A stretch of 47,254 bases of DNA from a bacterium (lineage in GTDB: Archaea; Thermoproteota; Bathyarchaeia; 40CM-2-53-6), in NCBI GenBank assembly GCA_021323995.1, contig JAJPJY010000091.1:1-47254 (forward strand), read 5' to 3'. The notes beneath the pieces were generated by a model. It saw only the letters and a program-made list of their open reading frames with translations. It did not search any database and had not been told where the DNA came from. Position numbers and translations under genes: made by a program. This document shows, piece by piece, positions 9,383 to 18,206 of the stretch. The first letter of the stretch is position 1, and each line of letters opens with the position of its first letter.

Positions 9383-10218
9383 TCGACCTCCAACGCTGGA
9401 CACTCGAACAATTCTGTCGAAGGCATGAGATAGATGTAGCAGAGATAGACAGCACGCTCACCTACAGTGAAAACATCAAGCATCTCTGGGATGTTGTCGG
9501 ACGACCCCTCGATTCCGTCAATCCTGGAACAGAGACTTCAGCCAAAGCAGACCTAATGAGTCGAGTAGTATGGGAAGGCCATGCTACCATCTACTGGCAA
9601 TTACTGAAGGACTTGACCGAGATCATCAAGGGTCGCCGGGCTAATGATGTCCAGACCCGTCATCAGATTGGGGTTCGAATCAACTACGCGAGAGCTCAAA
9701 TCTTCGAAGGTGGAGAATTTTCCGATGAGCATGGTTGGAGCGGTGCTTTGGGCGTTATGATGGAAACCCTCGCTAAGAAGCTGGATGTTGGAGTCAGCAC
9801 GCTTTACCAGTCAGCGGATTTTGCTCAAAGGTTCCCGGATTGGGATGGGTTCGCGAGTGCGAAGTTCGAGGTTCCGGGGAAGAAGCGATTCAAGACCGGA
9901 GGTCATGATATAATCATAAAGTCCGGAAACGACCTGAAATGGACAACAGTCCTCCGGCATGTCCTATATCCGGGCAAGAGACCCCCAGAAGCGCCTCCTG
10001 TCAATCCCGTCTGCTGGTATGATGAAAGCGGGCTCTGGGATTGGGTAGATTCTGGATGCGAAGGTGAGGTGAAGACTCGCACGATCAAGATGTGCGAAGA
10101 GCATTGGGAGGAATTCAATATCTGGAAGGAGCTACGAGAGATGAAAGGGCCCCCCTACGCTCCTCCGCCTGACTGGTTCAAACACTCCGAAACGAGACAA
10201 ACGAAGATCGAAGGTTGA
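9379..10218 (+). CDS. Hypothetical protein with possible HTH
   Basis: 279 aa, start overlaps the upstream stop; LAKKLDVGVSTLYQ is HTH-like. Confidence 0.7.
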   Translation: MIDLQRWTLEQFCRRHEIDVAEIDSTLTYSENIKHLWDVVGRPLDSVNPGTETSAKADLMSRVVWEGHATIYWQLLKDLTEIIKGRRANDVQTRHQIGVRINYARAQIFEGGEFSDEHGWSGALGVMMETLAKKLDVGVSTLYQSADFAQRFPDWDGFASAKFEVPGKKRFKTGGHDIIIKSGNDLKWTTVLRHVLYPGKRPPEAPPVNPVCWYDESGLWDWVDSGCEGEVKTRTIKMCEEHWEEFNIWKELREMKGPPYAPPPDWFKHSETRQTKIEG

Positions 10219-10587
10219 CCGAACAAGTAACTCCAGATTTGCTTTGAGGGAAACAACCCTCGATTGACCCGAACACATCAAAATCGACCAATCTTTCACT
10301 CTTCAGATATCGGCGGGTGATGGACAAACATCTCAAGATCGACTTTCAGAATCACGAAAAAATCCCCGATGCGATTAGTAATGCTACCGAATATTTTTCT
10401 CACTTGTGCGTTCGTCGCCAGATATCTACGGGTAGCGTACTAACATCTTTGGATTGAAAGTCACTCCGGGTGCCTATAAAGAATGCCCGCCCTATCTCTT
10501 AGAGACGAAATGATCTCAACACCAGATGTCTATTGCGAAGTTTGCAAAGGGGAACATCATCCCCCAGCTTGCCGGAGGTGAGTTAGT

Positions 10588-10794
10588 ATGGTATGTGAGC
10601 ATAAGGAAATCGTTCTTCGAAGTCTCCAGCGGCGCTATCCAGATCGCTACTACGAATATGACCCCGAATCCAAGCAGTACATTTTCCAAAATGAAGCATA
10701 CGATGACGACCACGAGCAAATCTGGTTGTGCACTGAATGCGATGCGGAGCTGAAGGCAGACGATATTGTCGTAGATAGCAACAGCGACTATTGA
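10588..10794 (+). CDS. Small acidic putative Zn-binding protein
   Basis: CEH...CTEC; GGAGGTGA about 14 nt upstream; TATAAA near 10475. Confidence 0.6.
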   Translation: MVCEHKEIVLRSLQRRYPDRYYEYDPESKQYIFQNEAYDDDHEQIWLCTECDAELKADDIVVDSNSDY

Positions 10795-10891
10795 CCCTTA
10801 GCAGAGGTTGAGAATAGGTGATATCTGGCGATAGTTTTAGACTGCCGATCATAGGATATGGTAGAGAGATACCTCCCTTAACTGCCTCTCT

Positions 10892-11491
10892 ATGCTTGGT
10901 AGGGTTCTCTATAGTCAACCTCGGGGCGGAGTGCTAAAGTTGGTTGCGCCTCTTCCCCGAGGGCGGCGGGAGCGGAATAAGCAGTTAGGCGACTTTCTGG
11001 AAGATGTAACCGAGTACGCTCTGTGGGCTCTTAGAGGCATTGAGATCGTCATTCAGCATGAGCGGTTCCGAGACCCAGACCCAACAGTGCAGGAGCATTC
11101 CCACTATCCTTTGTCAAAACTGATGCCAGATTTCCGTATCATTCTTCGGGACCTAACCTTTGTCGAGGCGGAGAACAAGAACCTCAACACCCACCAAGAC
11201 TCCGCGTGGATAGAGGAAAATATTCTGAACAAGAGTTGGAGCCCGAATAGTCGGCGGGTCATAATCACTCCCAAACTATCGAATCTCAACATGCCCGCGA
11301 GAAAGCTGTTATCTGAGTACCATATAATCGAAACCGTCGAACAGGTTCAATCTTCCGACGATATCGAGGCGATAAAGCTCCTCATCCGAAACCTCGGAGA
11401 CTTGTTCAAAGGAATCATGGTATACAATCGACAAGGGCACATCTTACCGCCTAAGGTTCTGCCTTTCGGAAATCAGCCTTGGAGGCGGTAA
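10892..11491 (+). CDS. PD-(D/E)xK-like nuclease
   Basis: GDFLE helix ... PDF ... EAENKN pattern. Confidence 0.65.
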   Translation: MLGRVLYSQPRGGVLKLVAPLPRGRRERNKQLGDFLEDVTEYALWALRGIEIVIQHERFRDPDPTVQEHSHYPLSKLMPDFRIILRDLTFVEAENKNLNTHQDSAWIEENILNKSWSPNSRRVIITPKLSNLNMPARKLLSEYHIIETVEQVQSSDDIEAIKLLIRNLGDLFKGIMVYNRQGHILPPKVLPFGNQPWRR

Positions 11492-11505
11492 AGCGGTAAT
11501 GACCA

Positions 11506-12261
11506 GTGACCGAAACAGCCCAACCTCCCGCTGACGATCTCAGCGGAGAAGATAATCAGATTCAGCCCAAATGCGGCTGTCAAAGGATAGAACTTGCTCC
11601 GGGAGTTATCCAGAAGGTACTATGCCCGCTTCACCAGCTTCTAAAGGCCAAGAAAGATGCCCGCGAGATTCGGAGAATCTACCACAGGGTCGAGGAACGA
11701 AGCGCTTACCAGCTTAGAAAGACCGACATACCAAAAACCGAACAAGAAGTCGAAACCAGCCAGCGAGAAAGTGCAGGCGGGGAAGAGAAGTCGAGTCTCG
11801 GTCGCATAAGGGATGATGGGCTCGATAGAGTGGTTCAAGTTGTCCAGAAAGACGCTACTGAGGAATCTCAAGAACAAGGTCTCTCAGAAGGTGTCCGGGA
11901 TGCTTATGGTCGAGAATTAGTACCAACCGGGAGCGAGGTAGGGCAATCTTCCAGTGCGGGAGACGCTCAAAGGAAGGAGTCTTCGTTCATACGAGCACAG
12001 ATGAAACTCGGTAAAAAGCTGAAGCTGGATAAGAGTAAGCTAACTATCGGTCTCAAGCGATGCGAGGCCGTCGAGGAAAACGGTACTAACTGCCCCGACC
12101 TCTTAGAAGGAGTCAGTATCCGAGAATCTACCTTGTTAGACGGTCGGAAAGCGTACCTTTGTCGTCGCCACCGATATCTGCTCAACCTTGAGTTGAACCG
12201 TCGCCGACGGAAGAAAGGACGGTATACGGCGATAATATCGGGACAGAAACCACCTAACTGA
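11506..12261 (+). CDS. Hypothetical protein with Cys/His clusters
   Basis: CGC...CPLH at the N-terminus and C...C...CRRH at the C-terminus; disordered middle. Confidence 0.65.
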   Translation: MTETAQPPADDLSGEDNQIQPKCGCQRIELAPGVIQKVLCPLHQLLKAKKDAREIRRIYHRVEERSAYQLRKTDIPKTEQEVETSQRESAGGEEKSSLGRIRDDGLDRVVQVVQKDATEESQEQGLSEGVRDAYGRELVPTGSEVGQSSSAGDAQRKESSFIRAQMKLGKKLKLDKSKLTIGLKRCEAVEENGTNCPDLLEGVSIRESTLLDGRKAYLCRRHRYLLNLELNRRRRKKGRYTAIISGQKPPN

Positions 12262-12313
12262 TGCCATAGTACCGCCTTGACGACGGAGCCCCCTATAGTG
12301 AGAGCGAGAGAAC

Positions 12314-12490
12314 ATGGATAAGCTCGAAAAAGCATTCTTGACAAAGTGCGACCAGTTTGTGGAAGAGAATACCCGCTACCTGAAGGAACATGGTATCGAA
12401 CTGCTCGCCTCAAGTGAGATTATTTCGGACGGAAAACGGTTCATGGTATACCGGGAAGGACCTCGTAACCGAACTCTTACGCCTATGTAA
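12314..12490 (+). CDS. Small hypothetical protein (58 aa, not in the ORF track)
   Basis: MDKLEKAFLTKCDQFVEENTRYLKEHG...; overlaps the 12390 ORF in another frame. Confidence 0.4.
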   Translation: MDKLEKAFLTKCDQFVEENTRYLKEHGIELLASSEIISDGKRFMVYREGPRNRTLTPM

Positions 12491-12584
12491 GAGCATATCG
12501 GAGCTTGTCGAAGAGCGACAGCGAGAAGCGGATCTTTCCGACTGGGTCGCTAATCTCTCCAAGAACTCATACTACATCAAGTGA
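12390..12584 (+). CDS. Small hypothetical protein
   Basis: C-terminal helical segment; its stop lies 4 nt before the next ATG. Confidence 0.4.
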   Translation: MVSNCSPQVRLFRTENGSWYTGKDLVTELLRLCKSISELVEERQREADLSDWVANLSKNSYYIK

Positions 12585-12588
12585 TTTT

Positions 12589-12789
12589 ATGCCACTTCAT
12601 CCAGCAGTGAAAGAATACCTTAGTCGCCCTCATCCGCCCCAAGCAAATTCCGATACTGGGGCTGGAATGACCGCCGCCGTCGTTGAGCGGTTTTGGGCCA
12701 ATCAAGATCAAATTCAGAAGCGCGTCGAAAAATCCTCGACCCGCCATGAAACAACCGACGCGGTTCCAACCGCAGGTAGTCAAGAATGA
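12589..12789 (+). CDS. Small hypothetical protein (66 aa)
   Basis: ATG at 12589; stop overlaps the next start (ATGA). Confidence 0.55.
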   Translation: MPLHPAVKEYLSRPHPPQANSDTGAGMTAAVVERFWANQDQIQKRVEKSSTRHETTDAVPTAGSQE

Positions 12790-13364
12790 CAGACGCATTT
12801 GAAACATTCGTAGGAGGCGTGCTCGGTAAACGAGCAACGAAAGTCCTCCGATACCCACAAGATTATCCCAGCACCATTGTTAGGATATTTCTTCAAGACA
12901 ATCCGCCCGATAGCGCGGAAATGAACTTCCTTAGAGAACACTTCGAGGAAGCTCGAAAGAACCCAGAGATACGCCGCCTCATCCAGCGAAATAACGAGAC
13001 CCGCGATCCTGAGGAATATTTTGCAGGACTTGAACGAGTTTTCAAGGCCGAAAAGTCTCAGATAGGGGTTATAGCAGAGCGACCAGAGATCAACCCCAAG
13101 TTCTCATTCAGACAAGATGTCCAGAGGTACCCGTGTGGTCACGAGACTACAGGTCGAGTCTATCAACCGTATCGACAGGATGGAAAGACTTTCGTTCAAT
13201 GTCCGCTCGATGGGAAGGAATGGGAAGTCAAAATTATTCTGGGTAAGCAAGTCAAAGATTCGCCGACCCTAAGCTCACCTTCCGATAACGCGCTCAATGA
13301 CAAGGAACTATTGGCTCACGGTGGCCAATGGGATGCCGGACACGAAAGAAAGGAGAAGAAATAA
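12786..13364 (+). CDS. Hypothetical protein with C-terminal Zn-ribbon-like motif
   Basis: YPCGH...QCPLD; translationally coupled cluster. Confidence 0.7.
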   Translation: MTDAFETFVGGVLGKRATKVLRYPQDYPSTIVRIFLQDNPPDSAEMNFLREHFEEARKNPEIRRLIQRNNETRDPEEYFAGLERVFKAEKSQIGVIAERPEINPKFSFRQDVQRYPCGHETTGRVYQPYRQDGKTFVQCPLDGKEWEVKIILGKQVKDSPTLSSPSDNALNDKELLAHGGQWDAGHERKEKK

Positions 13365-13366
13365 CC

Positions 13367-14575
13367 ATGGGAATCCTACAGAAAGCAGTCAACAAACAGT
13401 TCTCGAAAACCTCTCTTCCTACCTTGGATAAATCTGAGGCGGCAGAGATGAACACGATAGCAGATATTCTATCCAACCCGACCCTAACACCGGTCCAGAA
13501 GGCGGACTTACTCTCTAAGATGAGTACCTTCGTTCGCGGCAAGAACTCTAAGGTTCTCGCTGATTGTTTCAAATGCGAACAGCCGGATACTGGGCAATCA
13601 ACCGAGACTGATCAAGCGACGAATTTGTTCCCCGCAACCGGTTTAGGCTCTCAAGGTCCGAGTGGTCAAGGTCAACCGGGTTCTCAGATTACTTCAAGGC
13701 GCATGACAACCGTCCGCGAGGAATCATACTTACCGGTCCAAAATCCTCAGGCAGGCGGGCAAGTTTCAGCAGAGCAAGGACAGTTACAGCCCCCGCCCCA
13801 AACGGCGGCTGGACGATCTGCCCTCGCCCAGCGTCAAGCTATGAAGCCCCGAGAGGATGAAGATAACGCCAATCCCGAGTTTCAGTATGATGGTCAAACT
13901 AATCCCCCGGCCCGCATAGCGGCAACTCCCGGTCAGAGTGGTTCCAGCCAAGTATATCGGGATAGAGAAATAGCTCACAGGCGGCTCAAGGCGAGAGAAC
14001 ATCCAGCTCTCATTCCGCTAAAACATCGTTCTGAGGAGTTCGGTCATTCCGCGTCTATCGGTTTCCGAAAATCGTTCATGACCTCCACGAGTGGCGACAG
14101 CTATCGAGTCGATAGCATCTACAAAGGCTCAGACGGCAAATCGTGGTACTTAGAAGGAATCGCAAGCGACGGGTTGGTCGATCTCGAAAATGATCGCATG
14201 ACACCTAATGCGCTCAAAGCGATGGAGGAAGCACTCAATCGCGGTGTGAATGTCTTCGTAGACCACGATCATACAGTTAGCAATCTAATCGGAACGACCG
14301 TGAAAGGTGAGCTTAGGGGTAATCAGCTCAGAGCAGTAGTCAAACTCGAAGACCCGGATTACAATCCATTAGTTAGATCGATTCTTTCAAAGGTCGATGC
14401 GGGAGCCCGTCTTGGGTTCTCGATTGGCGGCGACTTGACAGAGAGCCGCCCCGGATGGGACGGGTCTAAATCAGTTCGCGATATCGACGGCGTAAATCTC
14501 ATGGAGCTAAGCGTCGTGGGATTACCCGCAAACCCCAGATCATTCGTGACTGGGTCTTCCTACAAGGGAGCATAA
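13367..14575 (+). CDS. HK97-type prohead (capsid maturation) serine protease with a long disordered N-terminal region
   Basis: C-terminal domain (about 14144-14575): LEGIAS..VDLENDRM, FVDHDH (His), LIG, GFSIGG (Ser), LMELSVVGLPANP; AGGAG lies upstream of ATG 13367. Confidence 0.9.
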   Translation: MGILQKAVNKQFSKTSLPTLDKSEAAEMNTIADILSNPTLTPVQKADLLSKMSTFVRGKNSKVLADCFKCEQPDTGQSTETDQATNLFPATGLGSQGPSGQGQPGSQITSRRMTTVREESYLPVQNPQAGGQVSAEQGQLQPPPQTAAGRSALAQRQAMKPREDEDNANPEFQYDGQTNPPARIAATPGQSGSSQVYRDREIAHRRLKAREHPALIPLKHRSEEFGHSASIGFRKSFMTSTSGDSYRVDSIYKGSDGKSWYLEGIASDGLVDLENDRMTPNALKAMEEALNRGVNVFVDHDHTVSNLIGTTVKGELRGNQLRAVVKLEDPDYNPLVRSILSKVDAGARLGFSIGGDLTESRPGWDGSKSVRDIDGVNLMELSVVGLPANPRSFVTGSSYKGA

Positions 14576-14580
14576 GAAAC

Positions 14581-15813
14581 ATGTCAACACAAGAAGACTA
14601 TCAAGCGATGCAAGCCCTACACGAATTAGTTTATGGGCTCGCTAAAAGAAACATCAAAAGTGCCGCGGACTTTTCCGCGTTCACGAAAGAATTCGACTCT
14701 ATTGTCAGTCAGGTTTTCCAGCCCCAAGGTGGGAGCGAAAATTTTACCAATCTGAGAACTCCTGGAACTGGTCCTGGCAAGGTCCCTGCCTCGCCGGGTC
14801 ATAGCGGCGACTACGATAAGCCTGCAAAGCCTATCGACGGACCGAACAAATCCGCTTGGGATAAGACTGGATTCTACGATTCCTCCGGTGAGAAAACTGG
14901 TTCAGGTTATGTGACTGAGGAAGGTCGCGAGCGATATGGAAGTACTGCGGCTGGTGGAACAGGTGAAAGTGTCGCCAGAACCGGAACTGGTTACTCTAAC
15001 CCTTACCATCCACAGGAAGGAACTGACAAGTATCCGAGCAAGACTGGTTTCACATCTGACCCTACGATTAGAGCAGGTCCCGGAGAGTCAGGCAACTACG
15101 GCGAATCTGCTAAGATCATAACATCTCAGAGCCCCACTCAAACTGGCATTCCTACCTACGGTCCCAACCAGTCCGCAAGTCTCGCACGGAAATCGAGATA
15201 CACCGCTTCAGAAGCTGTCCACGCTATTCCGATGCCCGACGGTACTCTCCCAGGAACAGAAGCGACTCGCTACCAGTATAAGGAAAAGTCAGCATCCCTA
15301 TTCCCGACCTCACAAGAGTCGATTGATACCAAAGGGGCAATCAGTTCCAACACGGCTCAAGGTGAATTATGGCAAGCTCGGAAAGCTTTCTTCGAAAAAG
15401 ACGAGTCGGCTGGTAAGAACGCCACTGCTTTAGTTAAGTCGATGACTCGAGTAGCTTTTCGTGGAACAGGTGACGATAGCCCTGTCGCGCTTGAACGGCT
15501 ACGAAAATCAATACTAATGGAGGAAGAAATGGAGGAGACTGAAGAAATCGGTTCTCCTGCCGCCTCACAAGCCGCTCACGACTTGCTTCTACCCAAAAAG
15601 GAAGAGGAGGAAGATGAGTCAAGGAAGCTTGAGGAAGCCGCTAAGAGTGCTGACAGCAACGCTTCCAGATTCGAAACCATGGCAAAGGATGTAACCGTAG
15701 ACTTTACCGATAGGGCGAGGGCGACCGAATACGCCAAGAACTATCGCCAGACCGCTATGAAACTCCGACGCAAAGCTCGGAGATTCGGTGTAGGGAAATC
15801 TGATATTATCTAA
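14581..15813 (+). CDS. Hypothetical low-complexity protein, putative scaffold or internal head protein
   Basis: Directly follows the protease; G/S/T/P-rich middle with repeated (K/R)TG, acidic runs, basic C-terminus, eight KS dipeptides. Confidence 0.6.
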   Translation: MSTQEDYQAMQALHELVYGLAKRNIKSAADFSAFTKEFDSIVSQVFQPQGGSENFTNLRTPGTGPGKVPASPGHSGDYDKPAKPIDGPNKSAWDKTGFYDSSGEKTGSGYVTEEGRERYGSTAAGGTGESVARTGTGYSNPYHPQEGTDKYPSKTGFTSDPTIRAGPGESGNYGESAKIITSQSPTQTGIPTYGPNQSASLARKSRYTASEAVHAIPMPDGTLPGTEATRYQYKEKSASLFPTSQESIDTKGAISSNTAQGELWQARKAFFEKDESAGKNATALVKSMTRVAFRGTGDDSPVALERLRKSILMEEEMEETEEIGSPAASQAAHDLLLPKKEEEEDESRKLEEAAKSADSNASRFETMAKDVTVDFTDRARATEYAKNYRQTAMKLRRKARRFGVGKSDII

Positions 15814-15816
15814 GCG

Positions 15817-16176
15817 ATGTCCCGAATAACCATCCTCGCGGCGATAGTCAAGAATAAGATGGTTACCGAGGTACTATCGAGAAGCGATAACCCGAAGTGC
15901 CCGGTAAAAGAATGCCAAGGCAAGATCGTGGAGTTAGAGGCGGAACCGACTGACCTCGGGCAACATCAGTTCGAGTGCTTCAAGTGCCACAAGTTATTCT
16001 TTGGAATGTCCGCTGAATCGGTCTCCAAGAATATCAAAGTCTCCGGTAGAGAGTTATCGATGTGGCGGGTTCGAGTCAAGTCTCAAGGCTACAAGGGATT
16101 CGACCGCCTGAAACTCACTACTGATGAAACCCGGATGGTTCAAGAGATCAAAGCCGGAAGGGCTTTCTTAGCATAG
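15817..16176 (+). CDS. Zinc-ribbon protein
   Basis: CPVKEC...ECFKC. Confidence 0.7.
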   Translation: MSRITILAAIVKNKMVTEVLSRSDNPKCPVKECQGKIVELEAEPTDLGQHQFECFKCHKLFFGMSAESVSKNIKVSGRELSMWRVRVKSQGYKGFDRLKLTTDETRMVQEIKAGRAFLA

Positions 16177-16189
16177 ATAGAGTCACGGG

Positions 16190-16435
16190 AATCTTTCGGT
16201 AGTAATGCCGAGAGTCGGTTTTCAGCTATTTGCTTCCCGAGTTCGCTTCCCGAGACACACATGTCTATCCCTCCAAGAAGACAAACCGACAGCTCAGAGC
16301 CGGGTTGTAGCTCCGAGCATCTTCCTAATAGCCCGTTAACCAGAGCAACGGTTTAGCTTTCACCGGCCTTCCCAGGAAAGATCGCTCGATGCTTATCCGT
16401 CGAGTGCTGGGTTTTGCGATGAAGGTTTCGGGCTT
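16190..16435 (+). ncRNA. Candidate structured non-coding RNA
   Basis: Gap without a convincing ORF that holds several nested stems (see findings); strand assumed from the flanking operon. Confidence 0.35.
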
Positions 16436-16455
16436 AATCGTTATGTTGTGAAAAA

Positions 16456-16704
16456 ATGGTAACTTCAGGTGCATTAGGCGACTATCCGCAACCGAAACGC
16501 GGGATAGATCCCAAAGAGGCGGCAGAATATCGACCTCCAGAATATTCCACCCCCGCGGAGTATTATGCTCTAAGGCGGAAGCTCGAAGAAGAAACTCATC
16601 CATGCGCGGAATGTAAGAAGCCGTGCCGGATCAAGTTCGATAAGTGTTATGATTGCTCAGGAGGAAGGAAACGGTTTGGGTCATCGTCGAAGTTTCGCAA
16701 GTAG
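16456..16704 (+). CDS. Small zinc-finger protein
   Basis: CAEC...C...CYDC. Confidence 0.6.
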   Translation: MVTSGALGDYPQPKRGIDPKEAAEYRPPEYSTPAEYYALRRKLEEETHPCAECKKPCRIKFDKCYDCSGGRKRFGSSSKFRK

Positions 16705-16870
16705 AATATCCAACCAGATTGAATGGGGCGACAATCGAGAAGTTACTGTTTGCCGAAAGTGTGGCAGGATAACTTACTCAACTAATGCGAGGATTTGCTG
16801 GTACTGCTATTCCGGTGCTCGCGCACCAGAGACATACCACGATCCGAAGACTCTCAGAGTGCTTCCATAA
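16649..16870 (+). CDS. Small zinc-ribbon protein (start uncertain)
   Basis: CRKC...CWYC. Confidence 0.55.
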   Translation: MIAQEEGNGLGHRRSFASRISNQIEWGDNREVTVCRKCGRITYSTNARICWYCYSGARAPETYHDPKTLRVLP

Positions 16871-16971
16871 TGACTGAGCTGACCAAGAAGATTTGGCGAT
16901 ATTATCCCTCTACTGAGCGACTGGTAATACGAGAGCCGAAACGATCTAAGAATGGACGGTTCACCAAATGA
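16870..16971 (+). CDS. Very small basic protein (33 aa)
   Basis: MTELTKKIWRYYPSTERLVIREPKRSKNGRFTK; start overlaps the upstream stop (TAATG) and stop overlaps the downstream start (ATGA). Confidence 0.55.
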   Translation: MTELTKKIWRYYPSTERLVIREPKRSKNGRFTK

Positions 16972-17273
16972 GCTACGCTTATTCCTATCTTCCTACGGGT
17001 CAAGATAAGCTACCGCCTCGAAGTTATCATAAGTGGAATATGGATGTCAAGCTACCTCAAGGCGGTCAGTGGATTAACCCAGAAGTACCAACTCAATTCG
17101 TTGTCGAGAAATGTACCGATTGCGGTCTTAGGATAGTATTCTGCCTCGGTCAAAACGAACAGTACTTCTTCCCAAATAACTCAAAGTGCTCAATGTCTTA
17201 CTCCTCGAGGAAATCTTTGGTGCCAAGGCTGAAGAATCGTCGAAGTCGGAAGTTAGAGGAGATGTACCGCTAA
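16968..17273 (+). CDS. Small hypothetical protein with Cys/His motif
   Basis: HKW...CTDC...C; coupled start. Confidence 0.55.
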   Translation: MSYAYSYLPTGQDKLPPRSYHKWNMDVKLPQGGQWINPEVPTQFVVEKCTDCGLRIVFCLGQNEQYFFPNNSKCSMSYSSRKSLVPRLKNRRSRKLEEMYR

Positions 17274-17554
17274 TCCCGATAGCGCACGATGTACTGATGC
17301 ACCAAGATAATCAGAGAGAGCTAATCGAGCGCAAGGTCAATACGATCTATCAGCCGGTTGAATGGAACCCACAAGCGCATCCGAGAAAGGAATACAAGCC
17401 CACTTCAGGTAAGTTCAAGGAAGACGATTCGTTTACCCGAGAGCAAGCGCAGTTAGGTGGTATAGCGCGGTGGGCAAATCGTCAAAGATCCGCAGAGGAA
17501 ATGAAAGGCTATCTGTCTCGAAAAGCCCGCCGAGACCGCAAGAAAGGCAAGTAG
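17186..17554 (+). CDS. Hypothetical basic protein (start uncertain)
   Basis: 122-aa ORF with basic C-terminus. Confidence 0.5.
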   Translation: MLNVLLLEEIFGAKAEESSKSEVRGDVPLIPIAHDVLMHQDNQRELIERKVNTIYQPVEWNPQAHPRKEYKPTSGKFKEDDSFTREQAQLGGIARWANRQRSAEEMKGYLSRKARRDRKKGK

Positions 17555-17816
17555 TGATAGAGAGTAATCTAAAGAGCAATCTACGAGGCTACATGCCGGA
17601 TAAGATATCTAACCTCGTATTCGCTCCATCGTAGCCCCTAAGAGTTCGTCAAATGCTCTACCGTTGCCTTAGAGAGATATGTGGGCTGATTCTCGGGCCT
17701 ATCAAGCGGGCTTCGTTTCAATATGATGATTTAGACTGACTGAGCTGGTACGATTTTAGTGGGGTTTCAGGAGTCCCAGATTCCTTCGGTGGAATCCTCT
17801 CCCTCTCCGGACGGAT

Positions 17817-18206
17817 TTGGAGACTGTATCGTACAATCTACTTGGAAGCGAGACTTTGATCAATCAAGCACTCATTCAATGGGCAGAGAACAAGTACAAA
17901 GTCAAATCCCCCAGAATAATTTACTCAAGACACTTTCCTCTTCCTGGGGCGGACTCTGCTTACTGTTCAGGAGAAGGAGAGACCCCCAGTCATGAACCGG
18001 TTATTATGATCTGGAAGGGCGCACAGAATCCAGAGTTCCTATACTTGCACGAGCTTCAACATCATATCAGACGGGAGCTTGAGAAAAGAGAAAGTCCTGA
18101 TTTGAAGGAAAGGTGGGCCGATTACTTGGCGAAATGCGACTTGGTCGAATATCACTTTCGCGAGCAATTAGCCGACCTCAAGCCTCTCGTTTCTGTCTTG
18201 GGCTGA
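17817..18206 (+). CDS. Small HExxH zinc metallopeptidase-like protein
   Basis: FLYLHELQHH followed by ERWAD. Confidence 0.65.
   Translation: METVSYNLLGSETLINQALIQWAENKYKVKSPRIIYSRHFPLPGADSAYCSGEGETPSHEPVIMIWKGAQNPEFLYLHELQHHIRRELEKRESPDLKERWADYLAKCDLVEYHFREQLADLKPLVSVLG

Noticed and set aside
14581..15813. Major capsid protein, based on its position after the protease
   Set aside because: Low-complexity, disorder-prone composition with no recognisable HK97-fold motifs; a structure prediction is still needed to be certain
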